Source: Blastocladiella emersonii ATCC 22665
Taxonomy: Eukaryota; Fungi; Blastocladiomycota
Length of the DNA stretch: 64,000 nucleotides
Assembly (NCBI GenBank): GCA_025594325.1
Contig: JANHCV010000003.1
Location: 744,001-808,000 of the forward strand
Direction: 5' to 3'
In this document: piece after piece, positions 10,091-22,615 of the stretch
How the letters are laid out: every line of letters starts with the position of its first letter
How positions within the stretch are numbered: the first letter of the stretch is position 1
Notes under the pieces: generated by a model
Told to the model about the DNA's origin: nothing
Database searches by the model: none
What the model saw: the letters and a program-made list of their open reading frames with translations, nothing else
Program-made: the position numbers and the translations under genes

Positions 10091-11812
10091 ATGAGCGAGG
10101 CGGCCTACCACGTCACCGCGAGCGCGGTCTCGCGGTACGTGTCGCAGCTGGCGCACTTTGCGCAGCACCCGGCGCTCGTCTACTACGAGCTGGTGCAGCC
10201 CGCGCTCAACAGCCCCGGCGAGTACCTCGACCTGCTGCTGCTGCGCGAGCACCCGCTGGTCCTGTCGCTGCACCTGCTGCTCGTCAGCGTCGTCGGGACC
10301 ATGGTCGCGAGCACCGTCACCAAGAACTACTCGCAGGTCGACCGGCTCTGGTACGCTCTCCTCCTTGCCTGTGTGCCGTTTGGAGATGAGGAAGCTGATT
10401 GAGCGCCGCGGTTTAGGTCGATTCTGCCCGTCGCGTACGCCTGGATCTTCCTCGTCCAGTCGCTCCCGCACCTGGTCCGTCCCTTCCCCCCTTCACGCGA
10501 CGGTGACCCGGACCGCCTTGACTCACCCCGTCCCCCTTAGGACATGCGCCTGATCGGGCTCACGGGCGTCGTGACCGTGTGGGGCGCGCGGCTCACGGCC
10601 AACCTTGCGCGTAAGGGCGGGTACTCGGCGCGCTACGAGGACCACCGGTACGGGCGAGCGCACCTTCACGACGGTCTCACCGAGTCCCTGACGCATACTA
10701 CGACCAATATAGCTGGACCTGGCTGCAGAACCACATCCGGCACCCGTACGGCGCCGCGGGCGAGGTGGCGTGGCACGCCTTCAACCTGGTCTTCATCTCG
10801 CTGTACCAGAACCTGCTCCTGTGGGCGCTCGTCGTGCCCGTCGCGTACGTTTTGCCGTCCCGACGACCTTCGCCGAGACGGCGTACACTCACTTCCGACC
10901 CCGCCGAGCGTAGCATGGAGGCGTGGGAGGTGCGCGCGCGCCCGCGCAAGCAGCTGGCGCGGGACAACGCGGTGCACGTTCCGTGGAACAAGCTCGACAC
11001 GGGCGCGCTGGCCGCGTCGCTGGCGTGCATCGCGCTCGAGACGGTGGCCGACCAGCAGCAGTGGGTGTTCCAGACCAACAAGTACCGCATGCTCCAGGAG
11101 GCTTTTGGCCGCGTGTCGCGCGGCGTCATGGGCACCTCGCTGAAGCCCGCGACCGCGGCAGCGCTCGCCGGCAGTGGGAGCCCGACGATCGAGGCCAAGT
11201 CGCGCGTCGACTCCAACTTCACGCCGCGCCAGGACAAGGCCACGGCAGCGGCGGCGGCGGCGAGCGTCCAGGTCGACCTCAACCAGCCCGAGTACCTCAA
11301 CAAGCTCGAGGCGCCCTACAACCTCGGGTTCCCGAGCACGGGCCTGTTCAAGTACTGTGCGTATCGCGGGCGCGCGGCCGATGCCCTCGGCCATCGACTA
11401 ACATTATGAGTTTCTAGCCCGCCACCCGAACTTCTTCGCCGAGATCACCCTGTGGTTCGCGGTGCACGTCTTCGCCATCGCAGCCGTCTCGACGGCGCAG
11501 TCGCTGCCGATCAAGCTCAACTTCCCGTACGCGACGTCGGGCGCGGTGGCGCTCAGCACCGACTGGAAGACCGTGTACGTGTTCACGCGGCGCGCGACGC
11601 AGATGCTCGCGCTGCCCGTGGTCCGGTGGTCGCTCGTGGGCGCCGTCAACCTGTGGGCGCTGTTCAACGGGTCGACGTACGTGACCGAGGCGATTACGGA
11701 GGAAAAGTACGAGCACTACGCCGAATACCGCGCCCGCACGTCCCGCTGGATGCCGTTCTTCAGCGGCGGCGAGGTGCCCGCGGCGCGCGGGCAGCAGGCG
11801 GTCATGTCGTAG
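10091..11812 (+). CDS. DUF1295 / steroid 5-alpha reductase-like membrane protein (multi-exon)
   Basis: Spliced motifs NYSQVDRLWSILP, WGARLTANLARKGGY, EDHRW, ETVADQQQWVFQ, GLFKYSRHPNFFAE, EAITEEKYEHYAEYRARTSRWMP. Confidence 0.9.
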
Positions 11813-11885
11813 GATTGGGTCGGCGAGTGGGAGACTGTTGATCGAAGTAACAAATGATTGATTCAAGTTCTATGGACACACACGC

Positions 11886-13346
11886 TCACGACAGATCGAC
11901 CTCGTGGAGACCCAGCAGGTCGCCTGCGGCAGTAGCGGTCCCGCGCTGCGGCGAGTCGGGGAGCGGGTGGCTCGCGGCGTGGGCGGTGGCCGCCTCATCG
12001 GAGTGCTCCTCCTCGACAGCGGCAGATGGTGCCGGCGCAGCGGGAGCGGGAGCGGGTGCGCCGCGCGGAACAAAGACGGGCGCGTTGACGTTGAGGCGCA
12101 GCAGGTCGGCGACGGCGGCGAGACCCTTGTCGGCCTCCTCGACGCGGTCGGCCGTGGGCGCAGCCGTGGGCGCGTCGTCGGGCTTGGCCATCTCCTTCTC
12201 CGCCTCCTCCTTGGCGGCGATCACGTCCTCGGTCACGACGGGTTCGGGCGCAGCAGTAGCAGGCTCCGAGACCACAGGGCCCGCGGGCGCCGGAGTCGAA
12301 GTGCCGAGCAGGTCAATGGACGCGAGGTCGCCGAGATCGCCGCCGTCGGCGTCGAGGTCGAGCAGGGACGACGATGCGGGGACAGCAGCGGGGGCGGGCT
12401 CGGGTACTGGCTCCTGGTGCGCAGGCGCGGGGGCGGGGACGGCGTCGAGGTCGCGCGAGTGGTCGGGCTCGGGCGCCACGTCGTCGAGGGCAAAGGGCGA
12501 GGCCGAGGGCTCGACGAGGGCGGCAGACGCGGGGCTCGGGGCGGCGGCGGCGACGACGGCGGGTTCAGGGACAGGGGCGGAAGCAGGGGCGGGTTTTCCC
12601 TCTGCAATGGAAGGTGCAAGGGTATCGTTGGAGAAGGTCGCCGTACGCGGCGCGTCGATGGCCGCCGGGTGCTGCGGCGGCGTCGCGACCGTAACGGACG
12701 CCTTGCGGGCCGAGGGCGGCGACACGACGCGCTCGCCGAGGGTGCGGACAATGACGGGCTCGGAGGTGATAGGCGGCCCGGCGGGCCCGCGCAGGACGAG
12801 CTGGCACGTGTAGGCGTAGCCCGGCTCGAGGCCGTGCACGTCCCACTCGCCGTCGACGGGCCCGGGCCCGACGGGGTGCGAGGTGACGACGTTGTTGTTG
12901 ACGACGACCTGCAGCTCCGAGGGCTCGGGCCCCGTGGCGAGGCCGTGGGCCCAGTGCAGCGTGGCCGAGTCGCGGGTGGCGCGGGCGACGGCGAGCGTGG
13001 GCGCGACGGGCTCGGCGTCGCCCAGCTCGGCCAGCAGCGTGTCCTGCAGCACGGCAAACTCGCGCAGCGCCTCGGCCTCGGCGTGCACGTTGCGCGACAC
13101 GGACACGTCGATGATCGAGCCCGTCGCAATGTCGGGCGGCAGCAGCAGCGTCGGGAACTCGAGGATGTGGTGGTCGCCGGTGCTACGCGTTGGGTGATTG
13201 TGAGATTGAGGGGTGCGAGAGAGGGACCGCTGAGGGTAATACAGCAGGATGGCGACGCCCGCGTCGATCTTGCCGACGACGAGCTGGATGGCGGCGCTCT
13301 GCGCGGCGGCGTGCGCGTGCGCGTGGTTGTCGGCCGCGATGGACAT
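11886..13346 (-). CDS. CHS5: Chs5-like exomer subunit (CHS5_N + FN3, low-complexity tail); intron 13183..13242
   Basis: VGKIDAGVAILL|TGDHHILEFPTLLLPPDIATGSIIDVSVSRN is the Chs5 N-terminal signature, followed by an FN3 domain. Confidence 0.85.
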   Translation of the reverse strand: MSIAADNHAHAHAAAQSAAIQLVVGKIDAGVAILLYYPQRSLSRTPQSHNHPTRSTGDHHILEFPTLLLPPDIATGSIIDVSVSRNVHAEAEALREFAVLQDTLLAELGDAEPVAPTLAVARATRDSATLHWAHGLATGPEPSELQVVVNNNVVTSHPVGPGPVDGEWDVHGLEPGYAYTCQLVLRGPAGPPITSEPVIVRTLGERVVSPPSARKASVTVATPPQHPAAIDAPRTATFSNDTLAPSIAEGKPAPASAPVPEPAVVAAAAPSPASAALVEPSASPFALDDVAPEPDHSRDLDAVPAPAPAHQEPVPEPAPAAVPASSSLLDLDADGGDLGDLASIDLLGTSTPAPAGPVVSEPATAAPEPVVTEDVIAAKEEAEKEMAKPDDAPTAAPTADRVEEADKGLAAVADLLRLNVNAPVFVPRGAPAPAPAAPAPSAAVEEEHSDEAATAHAASHPLPDSPQRGTATAAGDLLGLHEVDLS

Positions 13347-13771
13347 GGCTGTGACGTGTTGCGTTGCGTTGCGTTGCAAAGGAGAAGAGTGGGCGTCTCG
13401 AGCGTGAAGCGCAGTGGCGTTCCGGGGGAAACGAGGAGCGCCGCGCCACCGCAGCGGTCGCGTGACGCGCGCGTGGGCGTCCTGCACCGCCCGCGTTCGC
13501 CTGCCTCGCTTTTCCGGGTCTTCGCTGAGCCTTCCGCTCTCCTTCCCTTGAACCCGATTACCGCAAGGACTACGAAGGAGTCGCATCCCCGACGACGACG
13601 ACTCGCCGCACTCTTGCATTGCATGGAACTCCCGCCGCCGCCGTCGCGAGCGCTGCGCACCAACTCTGAGACCGCGCCGCCGCCGCCGCCTTCGCCGCCC
13701 GCGACTCTGCTTCCCGGCCGACGCATCGCCCCGGCCACTTGCTCTCGCTCCGGCATAAGAACCAGCCCACC

Positions 13772-15184
13772 ATGCTGACCGACTTTGTCCGCCGGTGCTG
13801 GAGCCCCGGGCCCGCGGCCGCCTCATCGCGCAGCGCATCGCCGGCTCCATCGTCTCCCAGCTACTCGATGCACGACGACCGCGCTCCCGCCTTTTCGACC
13901 GACGCTGCTGCTGCTGCTGCTGCTGCTGCCCCGTCGTGCCTGGCGTCGCTCTCGCCGCGCCGCCTGTCTCGCCGGCTCTCGCGCCGTCGCCGCAAGCACC
14001 ACGGCAACGCCGCGGAGCCCGTCCCGCTGCTCTATGCGGTGCACGAGATGGGCCCGCTCGTCATTGCCGACCGCAACCTGCCGTCGACCGCGAACCGCAA
14101 CGCGGCGCAGCCGCGGCTTCCTCCACCGCAATCGGTGCTGCGGGAACCGCCGCCGTCGGGATCAATCTCGGGCTCGGGCTCGAGCTCGCTGGCCGGCTCG
14201 GCACCACGGTTTCCGACGACTGCGGCTCGACCCGTCGCGGCGGCAGCGGCACGCGTCTCGAGCGACTCGGGCGTCGCGCCATCGCTGACCGCCCTCAACT
14301 CGGTCACCGCCGCGACCGCGACCACGACTTCCGCCCCGCTGCACTTGCTCGACCCGGTCCTGCTCGCCGCGTCCATCCCGCTGCCCGCCTCGCCCCCGCC
14401 GAGCTTCGTCACTCTGCCCGCTGCCGCGCCGCCGCCGACCCCGCCCGCACCCGCCGCCTCGGCGCCCGCCGATGCCGTCGACCGCATGTCCGACGCCGTC
14501 GAGGCCGTGGCGCTGCACGTCCGCGGCGTCCTGGCCGAGTGCGAGGCCTCGCTGCGCGCGCGCACCGCCGTCGTGTACCCGCCGAAACCCATGTCGACCG
14601 CGAGCGCGTCCTCAACCACGGGTGCCGCCACGGCCGCGGCGGCCCCGCTGCGCGGGATCCTGTCGTCGGCATCGGCCTCCGCCTCGTCACGCAGCAGCAC
14701 GCTTCTCCGCCGCCTGTCGCGCGGCGGCAGCGACCCCGCCCCACCACCACCCCCGCCACCTCCGCCAATACCCCGCCGCTCCGTCCACTTTGACGCGCGC
14801 CCGCCGCGCATCGGGCGCGCCCCGCACTACGACCGCGCGCCGGACCCGCGCAACGTGTCGGAGCGGCTACGGTGGGGCCGGATCTCGGCCGCCGAGCACC
14901 GCCGGCTCGTGGACGAGGTCGCCGAGCTCAAGCGCGTCGCGGCGATCGTGTCGGGCACGGTGCCAAGGCCCGCGAAGCCGCCGCTGTACCTCACCGCGGA
15001 TCCCGACGATGAGGATGAGGGGTCGGAGGAGATCGAGGTCAGCTGGACCGACTCGGACGAGGATGAGGATGAGGATGAGGATGAGGATGGGGATGATGGC
15101 CAGACGCTCGAGCAGTTCATCCTGGCCTCGGTCCCGCCGACGCCGCCCGCTTCGTCGTCCTCGGCGGCCACCGCGTCTTCCTGA
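13772..15184 (+). CDS. Ser/Pro/Ala-rich protein with RVxF-like motif (RRSVHF...HYDR) and acidic tail
   Basis: Single open frame from ATG 13772 with GC3-rich codons; RSVHF followed by YDR resembles PP1-docking modules. Confidence 0.7.
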   Translation: MLTDFVRRCWSPGPAAASSRSASPAPSSPSYSMHDDRAPAFSTDAAAAAAAAAPSCLASLSPRRLSRRLSRRRRKHHGNAAEPVPLLYAVHEMGPLVIADRNLPSTANRNAAQPRLPPPQSVLREPPPSGSISGSGSSSLAGSAPRFPTTAARPVAAAAARVSSDSGVAPSLTALNSVTAATATTTSAPLHLLDPVLLAASIPLPASPPPSFVTLPAAAPPPTPPAPAASAPADAVDRMSDAVEAVALHVRGVLAECEASLRARTAVVYPPKPMSTASASSTTGAATAAAAPLRGILSSASASASSRSSTLLRRLSRGGSDPAPPPPPPPPPIPRRSVHFDARPPRIGRAPHYDRAPDPRNVSERLRWGRISAAEHRRLVDEVAELKRVAAIVSGTVPRPAKPPLYLTADPDDEDEGSEEIEVSWTDSDEDEDEDEDEDGDDGQTLEQFILASVPPTPPASSSSAATASS

Positions 15185-15302
15185 CCTGCAGCTCACTTGT
15201 ACTTTTTTGTCCCACCCACTCTCACCCCCCTCCCTTTTAATACACACGCACAAAAGAATCTATCAAATATCAAATCACACCCACTCTCCCCTCCTCGCCT
15301 CG

Positions 15303-18300
15303 TCAATGACACAGCGACGGCGTCAGCGCAACGCGGATCGTCCACACGTTAACGTCATCGGCGCACACGACCGACCGGCGCATCTCGGCCGGGATCGGCG
15401 CGCGGGGCTTCTTGCCGCGCTTGATGGGCCTTCCGCCGCGGGGCAGTTCCTCGCTCGCGCTGTTGCCGGTGAGCAGAAACGAGCTGCGCAGCGTCTGCCA
15501 CGTCCGCCGCGTGCGCTGCGTCAGCGTCGCCGGGCGCGGCCGCGGCTGGGGTTCCGCGGGCGGGAACGCGGACGCGTGGTAGTGCTGTAGCGGCGAGTTG
15601 ACGAAGGACAGGACCGGGGACGGCGCCGCCGCGGCCGTCGTTGAGAAGGCGACGCTGACCGGGCGCGACCGCGGCGTCGGAGCTGCTGCCGCGGCAGTCT
15701 CGCCGTCGAGGAGGAGCGGCACCTCCTCGTCGCGCTCGGCCGCGGGGGCCACCGGCTGGTGGCTGCGCCCGATCGAGTCGTAGTGCACGAGCCACCGGTC
15801 GAGCGCCTGCGACAGCGGCACGTCGCCCTCCTCCTCCGCCGCCTCCTCGGCCTCGGCATCGCGCTGTGCCGCCGGGCGGAACACCTGCGACAGTCGGTCG
15901 CGCAACGAGGAAGCCGCCGTCGACGCGCGCTTGCTGCTGACGCCGCTCTGCCGCTTGAGCCGGCGCGCGGTATCCGACGCGAGCGGGAGCGAGGAGGTCG
16001 ACGCGAGGACTGCGGGGTCCATGATGGTCGGGAGCGCGGGCATCGACGACGTCACCGGCGCGGGCGCGGGCGCGTTTTCGTCGAGACGGTGCAGGGACGG
16101 CGTCGACCGGCCCCCCTTGCCGAACGCGCGCGACAGGCTGAGCCGCGACAGCGACCCGTACGACGTGCGGGCCTCGTCCGCCTCGGCGAGTACGGGGGTG
16201 GGTGGTGGCGGCTCGACGATCCCGATGACGCCGACGGCGTTCGCGAGAATCGCGTCGCGCTTGTCGGACGAGAGCGACCCGCGGCGCCGCTTGAGCGACA
16301 GCGACCCGACCGGGTGCCGCAGCGCGACCGACAGCGTGCTGATCCGGTGCCGCATCTTGGCGAGCGCGGTATCGTCTGCGTCCTCGTCCTCGACGACGAG
16401 CGGGGCACCGCGGGTCAACGGGACCTCCACACCCGCCTCCTCGTCGTCCGTGTCGTTCTCGAACCACGCCGCCTCGAACCCGCCGCCGCCTTCCTCCTCG
16501 TACACCGTGGCGGGCGAGCAAGCGACCTCGACGACCTCCTTGATCCCGCGCGCGCCGCACACGCGGAACCCGAGCTCGAGCGCCTCGTCGAAGGGCGTCT
16601 CGCGGACCACGGGTTTCCAGTCCCGGACCCACTCGGCGTACGAGACGTGGAACACGAGGTGCTGCGGCGGCGCAAGCGGCGTGACGGGGACGCCGGCCGC
16701 CGGGTGGTGGCGCAGGGAGCCGACGGACGACGGCGTATGGCGATGCTGAAAGTGCTGCTGTGTCGGAGGCGGGGACCCAAGGGTGGGCGTGGGAGGGACC
16801 GACGTCGTCGCGGGCGTCGCGGGCGTCGTGTGCCCGTGCGACTGCGCGCCGCTGCGGTACCCCGAATCCACCGTGTGCGGGAGCGACGACGCGACCGACG
16901 AGCCGCGCGAGAGCTGCGACGCGACGGTCGTGCGGCGGTCGTTTGCCGGCGGGACCTGTTTCGCGGTCGCGTCCGAGGTCAGCGACGACGACGAGGACGC
17001 GGACCTTGCCACACCGCTGCCGGACGTGACGATATGCAGCCCGCTCCCGCGTCCGCGCCGCGCCGAGCCGCTACTGTTGCCGGACCCAACACGCTGCAGA
17101 CTCCCCTTCCGCACGACGGTCCGGTGCGCGCGGGACCGGCGCCGGGCGAGGACCGGGTTCCCGTTGACGTCAAACGCGAGGAACTCGAGCGCGAGCGAAG
17201 CGTGTTTCGGCGCGGGCGGCGTGGTCGGGTCGACGAGCCGCGGCGTGGACGGGGCCACGTCGAGGTCCAGCATCAGCTGCTGGAACGCGGCGCACGTCGC
17301 CGGGTCCGACCCCGGTACACACAGGCCCGGGATCGGGTGCATCGCCGTGTGCGGGTGCTGCTCGCCGTCGGCGCCGCCGGCGGCGGTGGGGGTGTCGAAC
17401 AGGTCGGCGCGGCGCGCGGCGAGCGAGGGCGCAGCGGGCTCGGCGGCCGCGGCGGCGACGGAGGTCGTGGAGGAAGTGGCAGCGGCAGCGAGGCGGAACG
17501 ACGCGGGAATCGGTAGCCGGAGCTTGCGACCGCGCTTGCTCGGTTTCTGTACGCCGCCGGACACACCACCACCGCCGGGCACAGCAGCCGCCGCCGCGGC
17601 CGCCCGCTTCCCGCGCCCGAGCCCCGGCGTCCCCGGCGCGAGGACCGCGGCGAGCGACTGCGACAAGATCGCGCGTTTCCCGCTGGCCCCGCTTGCGCGC
17701 AGCCGGTTGCGCAGGCGGCGGCGGTACCCGCGCTCGGGGCTGCCCGCCCCCGGCGGCGGGAGCACCGCCGCTGACGACTCGTCGCCATCGGTCTCGGCTT
17801 CCTCGGACTCGTCCGTCTCGGACGCCGAGAAGTGGTACTTTGACGGGACGACGGGCGGCGCGCGGGCGATGGTCGCGGGCTGCGGCGCCGAGACGCTCGC
17901 GGCGAACCCCAGCGTACTTGTAGACGCGGCCGGCGCGAGGCGGCGCGGGCGCGGATTTGGGAAATTTGCGACGGCGGGCGATGGCGGGAGCGGGGTCGCT
18001 GCGGCCAGGTCGAGTTGCGCGCGGTGCTCGATCTTCCGCAACGCGAGCAAGCCGGCGCGGTACCACGCCAGGTACAGGCACGCGTACCAGACGGCGAGCG
18101 GGGCGGGGTGCGGGAGTGGTGGGAGCGGGCGAACGATGGACGCGGGAGGCGGCGTGGCGAGCGACTCGTCGTCGTCCTCGTCGTCCTCGACGTCAGCGAA
18201 CGAGAACGAGTCGAGCGGGTCGTCAATGTCAATCCACTCGCTGCCGTCATCCTCTTCTTCGGCTGACAGGTCTGGAAGGCAAGAGTATAAGAGAGGGAGA

Positions 18301-19776
18301 TCAGTATATTGTACCAAAAGGGGAGGCACACACAGAGTCGCACGCGCCGCACCGAGAGGATACAGGGAGGGGAGGGAGGACGGTTTGGGGCGACGGTGGG
18401 GAGTAGGGAGGGAGCAGGGGTAGTTGAATGATGGGACGAGGGAGGTGCGGGCGGGCGAGCACAAGCGCGACGATGAGAGCCGCTCACACTTGAGAAACGC
18501 CTGGACGAGAGAAGCGGGGTACAGGAGGTGGGTCGAGCGAGCAAAGCGTTGGTCATCGAAACAAAAACGCAGCGCGAGGCGGAAGGACGAGGGCGGCAGC
18601 GGTGCGGCGAGGGTGAAGGTGCGATCAGTACAGAGGGATGGACGTACCCGCGTTGGACTTGGACATGTCGAGGGCCGAGTCGGGCGCACCGGCGGCGCTG
18701 CGACGCACGGCGGCCGACTTCTTGCGGCTGATGCCCTGGAGGTCGGGCTCGACGATGGTGATGCGGCGGCCGAGGTAGCTCGGGCGCGACGACGAGGAGG
18801 CCGAGCCCACGGCCGAGGTCGACGAGGCGCGGCCCAGCGCCGTGGACGAGGATGCGGCCGAGGCCGAGAGCGCGGGCTCGGACGGGAACTGGATAAGCTT
18901 GGCCTTGGGTGATGGGTTCGCGGCGAGCGGCTGCTTCTCGGGGGTCGAGGCGGCGACAGCGGCGGCGGGCGCAGCGGCCTCGGCGTCAGTGGACTTGACG
19001 TCGGCAGCGGGCTGTTCTGGCGGCGTCTGGGCCTGCACAGCGGCAGCGGGCGGTTGTGGCACGGTCGAGGCGGCCGCGGCCGCGGACCCGGCGGACATGG
19101 CCGACTGATTACGGTGCAGGGGCTCCTTGCGGAGAATCACAATCTCAGGGCGACCAGTCCCCGTCGCCGACGACGTCGTCGACCCGGTGCGGGAGACGGT
19201 GGCCTTGCCCTTGGCCTTGGCGGCCTTGTTCTTGTTCTTCTTGCCGCCCCACCATGCGCGCTCGGTGCGAGCGTCCTCGGGGTAGGGCGTGGGCGAGCGG
19301 GCGAGGTTGAAGCGGGCGAGGCGTTTCCGGGACGCGCGGGTCGCCGGGTCGCGGTCTTTCGTGGAAGAGTCGCGGCCGAGCGACGAGAAGAGCGACGAGA
19401 CCGACAGCTTGCGCTTGCGCGAGGCGGCGGCGGGGTCGACGGGGTCCGGGTACGGCGTCGGGCTGCGCATCAGGCGCGGGATGGACAGCGTGCGCGAGAA
19501 CTTGAGCGCCTTGGGCGGGCGCGGGGGCGCCTCGGCCGGCGTGGACGACGAGGAAGCGGAGGCGCCGTTGAGGTCAGTCGCCGTCGGGCGCTGCACGGCA
19601 GCCGGCTTGCGGCCGAACAGGCGCGAGAAGAGCGGCGGCTTGTCGTCCGGGTACGGCGTCGGGACGCGCGACAGGGCAATGTTATTCCGGGACGCTACGC
19701 GGTTGGTCGCGGAGCATCGGCGCCGTCAGCACACGCATGGCATGGCGCAGGCAGGTGGGCGCAGGGACGTACGCAT
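15303..19776 (-). CDS. Large low-complexity hypothetical protein (~1339 aa; exons 19776..19773, 19694..18648, 18271..15303)
   Basis: ATGC micro-exon plus GTACGT...TAG and GTACGT...CAG introns join the two track ORFs in frame (total 4020 nt). Three PTPYP repeats. Confidence 0.65.
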
Positions 19777-20332
19777 CGTGGCGGCTGGTGGCAGGGGGGT
19801 ACGGTTTAGAGAGAGCACGAGGGAGCCGCAGAGGACGGAGCGCTGTCGAGGAGCGAGAGCGGCTGCGTCCGCACGAGGGAGGGTCCGAGAGTAGCCAGGC
19901 GAAAGTGGCGAGCCCCGACGACGTTGGTGCCAGGTGGCGAGAGGGCGGTGCGCAGAGGGTGTTGCGGGCGGTTGCAGGCGGATTCGCGGGTCGAGGGGGG
20001 CCGGAGTAATCGTGTGCTTAGCGTAGCGTAATCGTGGGGTGAGAGAGCGGGAGCGAAGGCGCGCCCGACTTTTCACCTTCGCCGGTCGTGCCCGTGGCCG
20101 TGCACACCGCTCGTGCCTTCGCCTTCGCCATCCCATCAGCGGTGGGCATGTGTGGCGCCCGGCGCGTGCTGCAGGGCGCCGAGTGCCGCATGCCGCGTGG
20201 CTGCGCTGCATACGGGCGTGCAACGTCACCGCGACACCACTCGCTTCACGCTGCCTGCCTCCATCGCCGTCAAGCGCGACGCACAGGCGCACGGTGGGAT
20301 ACCTTCCTAAGCCGCGTGTATACACTCCCCCC

Positions 20333-21353
20333 TCATGCCTTCTCCTCAATTCCCGCCGCCGCCGCCGCCGGCGCCTCCGCGAGGTCCTCGCCCTTGGCGT
20401 ACACCTCGTGCAGGTTGAACTTGCGGTACTGCGTGTACTTGCCCTCGGGGACGACCGCGACACCGACGCGGTTGCGGTACGCCTCGACGAGCACCGAGAC
20501 GTCGGCGCGCTCGAGGTTGACCTTGAGCCCGCGCGCGTGGAGCACCGCGGCGACCGCCTCGATCACCTCGGTGCGGTCGAGCGACGACCCGACGCGGATC
20601 TTGACCGCGAGCGCAAACGTCTGGCCCTCGGCGACGGGTGGCTGCGTTTGCGCGACCAGCGCCGTGACACGGTCCACGATCCCCGTCACCTCGGCCGCGC
20701 ACACGCCCTGGAACGGCAGGATCCGGTGCGCGTACCGCGTGCGCGCGCCCGCCATGGCCGACTTTTTGCCCCCTTCGGCCTTGGCCATGGACGCGACGGC
20801 GCCGCCGAACACGTGGTTGAGCACGGCGACCGGGTCGACGACGGCCGCGAGCGACGCGGGGACCACCTGCAGGAAGAAGAGGCAGTCAACGCCCATCCCG
20901 ATGTGCGCCAGCAGCGACGACTGGAAGTTGCCGTGCTTGTTGTCGGCCAGCGCCTGCACCTCGGACGCGATCTCGTCCTCGATCGACTTGGGTGCGCCGC
21001 CGGTGCTCTCGGGCTTCTTCTCCTCGGCGTCGGCGGAACTGCCGCCCGTCGCGGCCTTGACCGCCTCCGGGTACAGCTCCTCAATCGCTTCGGCCAGCAC
21101 CGACGTCACCTCCTTGGACGCCACGCGCTCGCGGCCCTTGGTCGACGACACAAAGAACCCGACCATCCCCGGCTCCATCGACTACACACGTTGGTTCAGC
21201 TCAGTCGGCGTCGCTGGCGGAGGGGGGGTTCAGCGAGCGACGTACGGCGGGCGAATGGCGCTGCCGCTTGCCGCCGCGGCCGCTGTCGTCGCCGCCGGCC
21301 GGCCGCTTCTTGTTCTGCTGCTGCTGCTGCTTTTGCTCGGGCTTGGAGCTCAT
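20333..21353 (-). CDS. TAN1: THUMP-domain protein, Tan1/THUMPD1 (intron 21182..21245)
   Basis: GFFVSSTKGRERVASKE, KSIEDEIASEV, TRYAHRILP, HARGLKVNLERADVSVLVE, YRKFNL. Confidence 0.9.
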
Positions 21354-21545
21354 GGTGTTGATGCGTTGCAGTTCAGGGACACTGAAAGAGGGAGAGCAGG
21401 GACCGAGGAGCGATCGACCTGATGGTGAAGCGAGGTGCGCCGCTCATGTGATCCGTTGCTCGCGCCAACAAAAAACGACGCGAGACGCGACCCGCGAGAC
21501 ACTTGCTCTCCGCTCTCTCACAAAGACCGTTTACATGTAACCAAG

Positions 21546-22544
21546 ATGGGCGGTGCAGGCAAATCGCGCGCGTGGATGAACCGCCACGTCAAGGACGCCT
21601 TTGTGCGGCGCGCCCGCGAGGAGGGCCTGCAGTCGCGCGCCGCCTTCAAACTCAAGGAGCTGCACCACAAGCACCGCCTGTTGCGGCCTGGATCCGTTGT
21701 TGTTGGTGTGTTGAGTCCCTCTGTGGCTGCTCCGGTGATGGATGTCTGACCGCTTGCGTGTCTAGACTGCGGCGCCGCGCCCGGCGGGTGGACACAAGTC
21801 GCGGCGGGCATGGTCCGCGCGCCGACCCACGGCCTCGTGGTCGCCGTCGACCTCCTACCGCTCGATCCACCTATTCACAACGCGCTGTTCCTCCAGCGAG
21901 TGCGTTTGACTCGTGGTGTGAGATCGGCGATCACTCACGCGTGAGTTCGTGGTAGGACTTCACGCTCCCCGAGACGCAGGCGACGATCCGCGAGGTTCTC
22001 GAGCGGTTCCACGAGCGGCGGCGGCGGCAGTCGCGCGCGGGGCGTGACGACGGTGAGGCTGCCGAGTCGGAGCAAGAACCCGAGCAGCCGCCGCGGCCAG
22101 CGATACGGCAGCAGCGGCGGCTCGTCGATGTAGTTCTGAGCGACATGGCGCCCAGTACGCCCCTCCGCTCTCCCCTCGCCACACAACCATCACTCACACC
22201 ACCCTTACCCCGACGTAGGCTTCTCGGGCAATAAGTCCCTCGACCGTCTGCGCACCGTCGGCCTCGCCGAGTCAGCGCTCGAGTTTGCGCTCCCGCTGCT
22301 CAAGCCCGGCGGCCACTTTGCGTGCAAGATCCTGCAGGGCCCCGAGGCCAACGAGCTGCGCGCGCGGCTCAAGCGCCACTTCGAGGAGGTCGCGTACGAG
22401 AAGCCCAAGAGCAGCCGCAGCGAGAGCTCTGAGGGGTTCCTTGTCGGGATCAAGTTTGTGGTGCCGCCGAGCGAGGGTGGGGTGCGGGTCGCTGAGGAGC
22501 AGCGGCCGCGGGGGGCGGAAGAGGTGAAGGAGGTGAGCGAATAG
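21546..22544 (+). CDS. MRM2: FtsJ/RrmJ-family mitochondrial rRNA methyltransferase (3 introns)
   Basis: SRAWMNRHVKDAFV...SRAAFKLKEL, DCGAAPGGWTQVA, VAVDLLP, DVVLSDMAP, KPKSSRSESSE. Confidence 0.9.
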
Positions 22545-22615
22545 AAAAACGCAGAGCGGTAGTTGATAAACGGAGACGAATGGTACAAGGCAGGGGGAGG
22601 GAGGAGCGAGCACGA

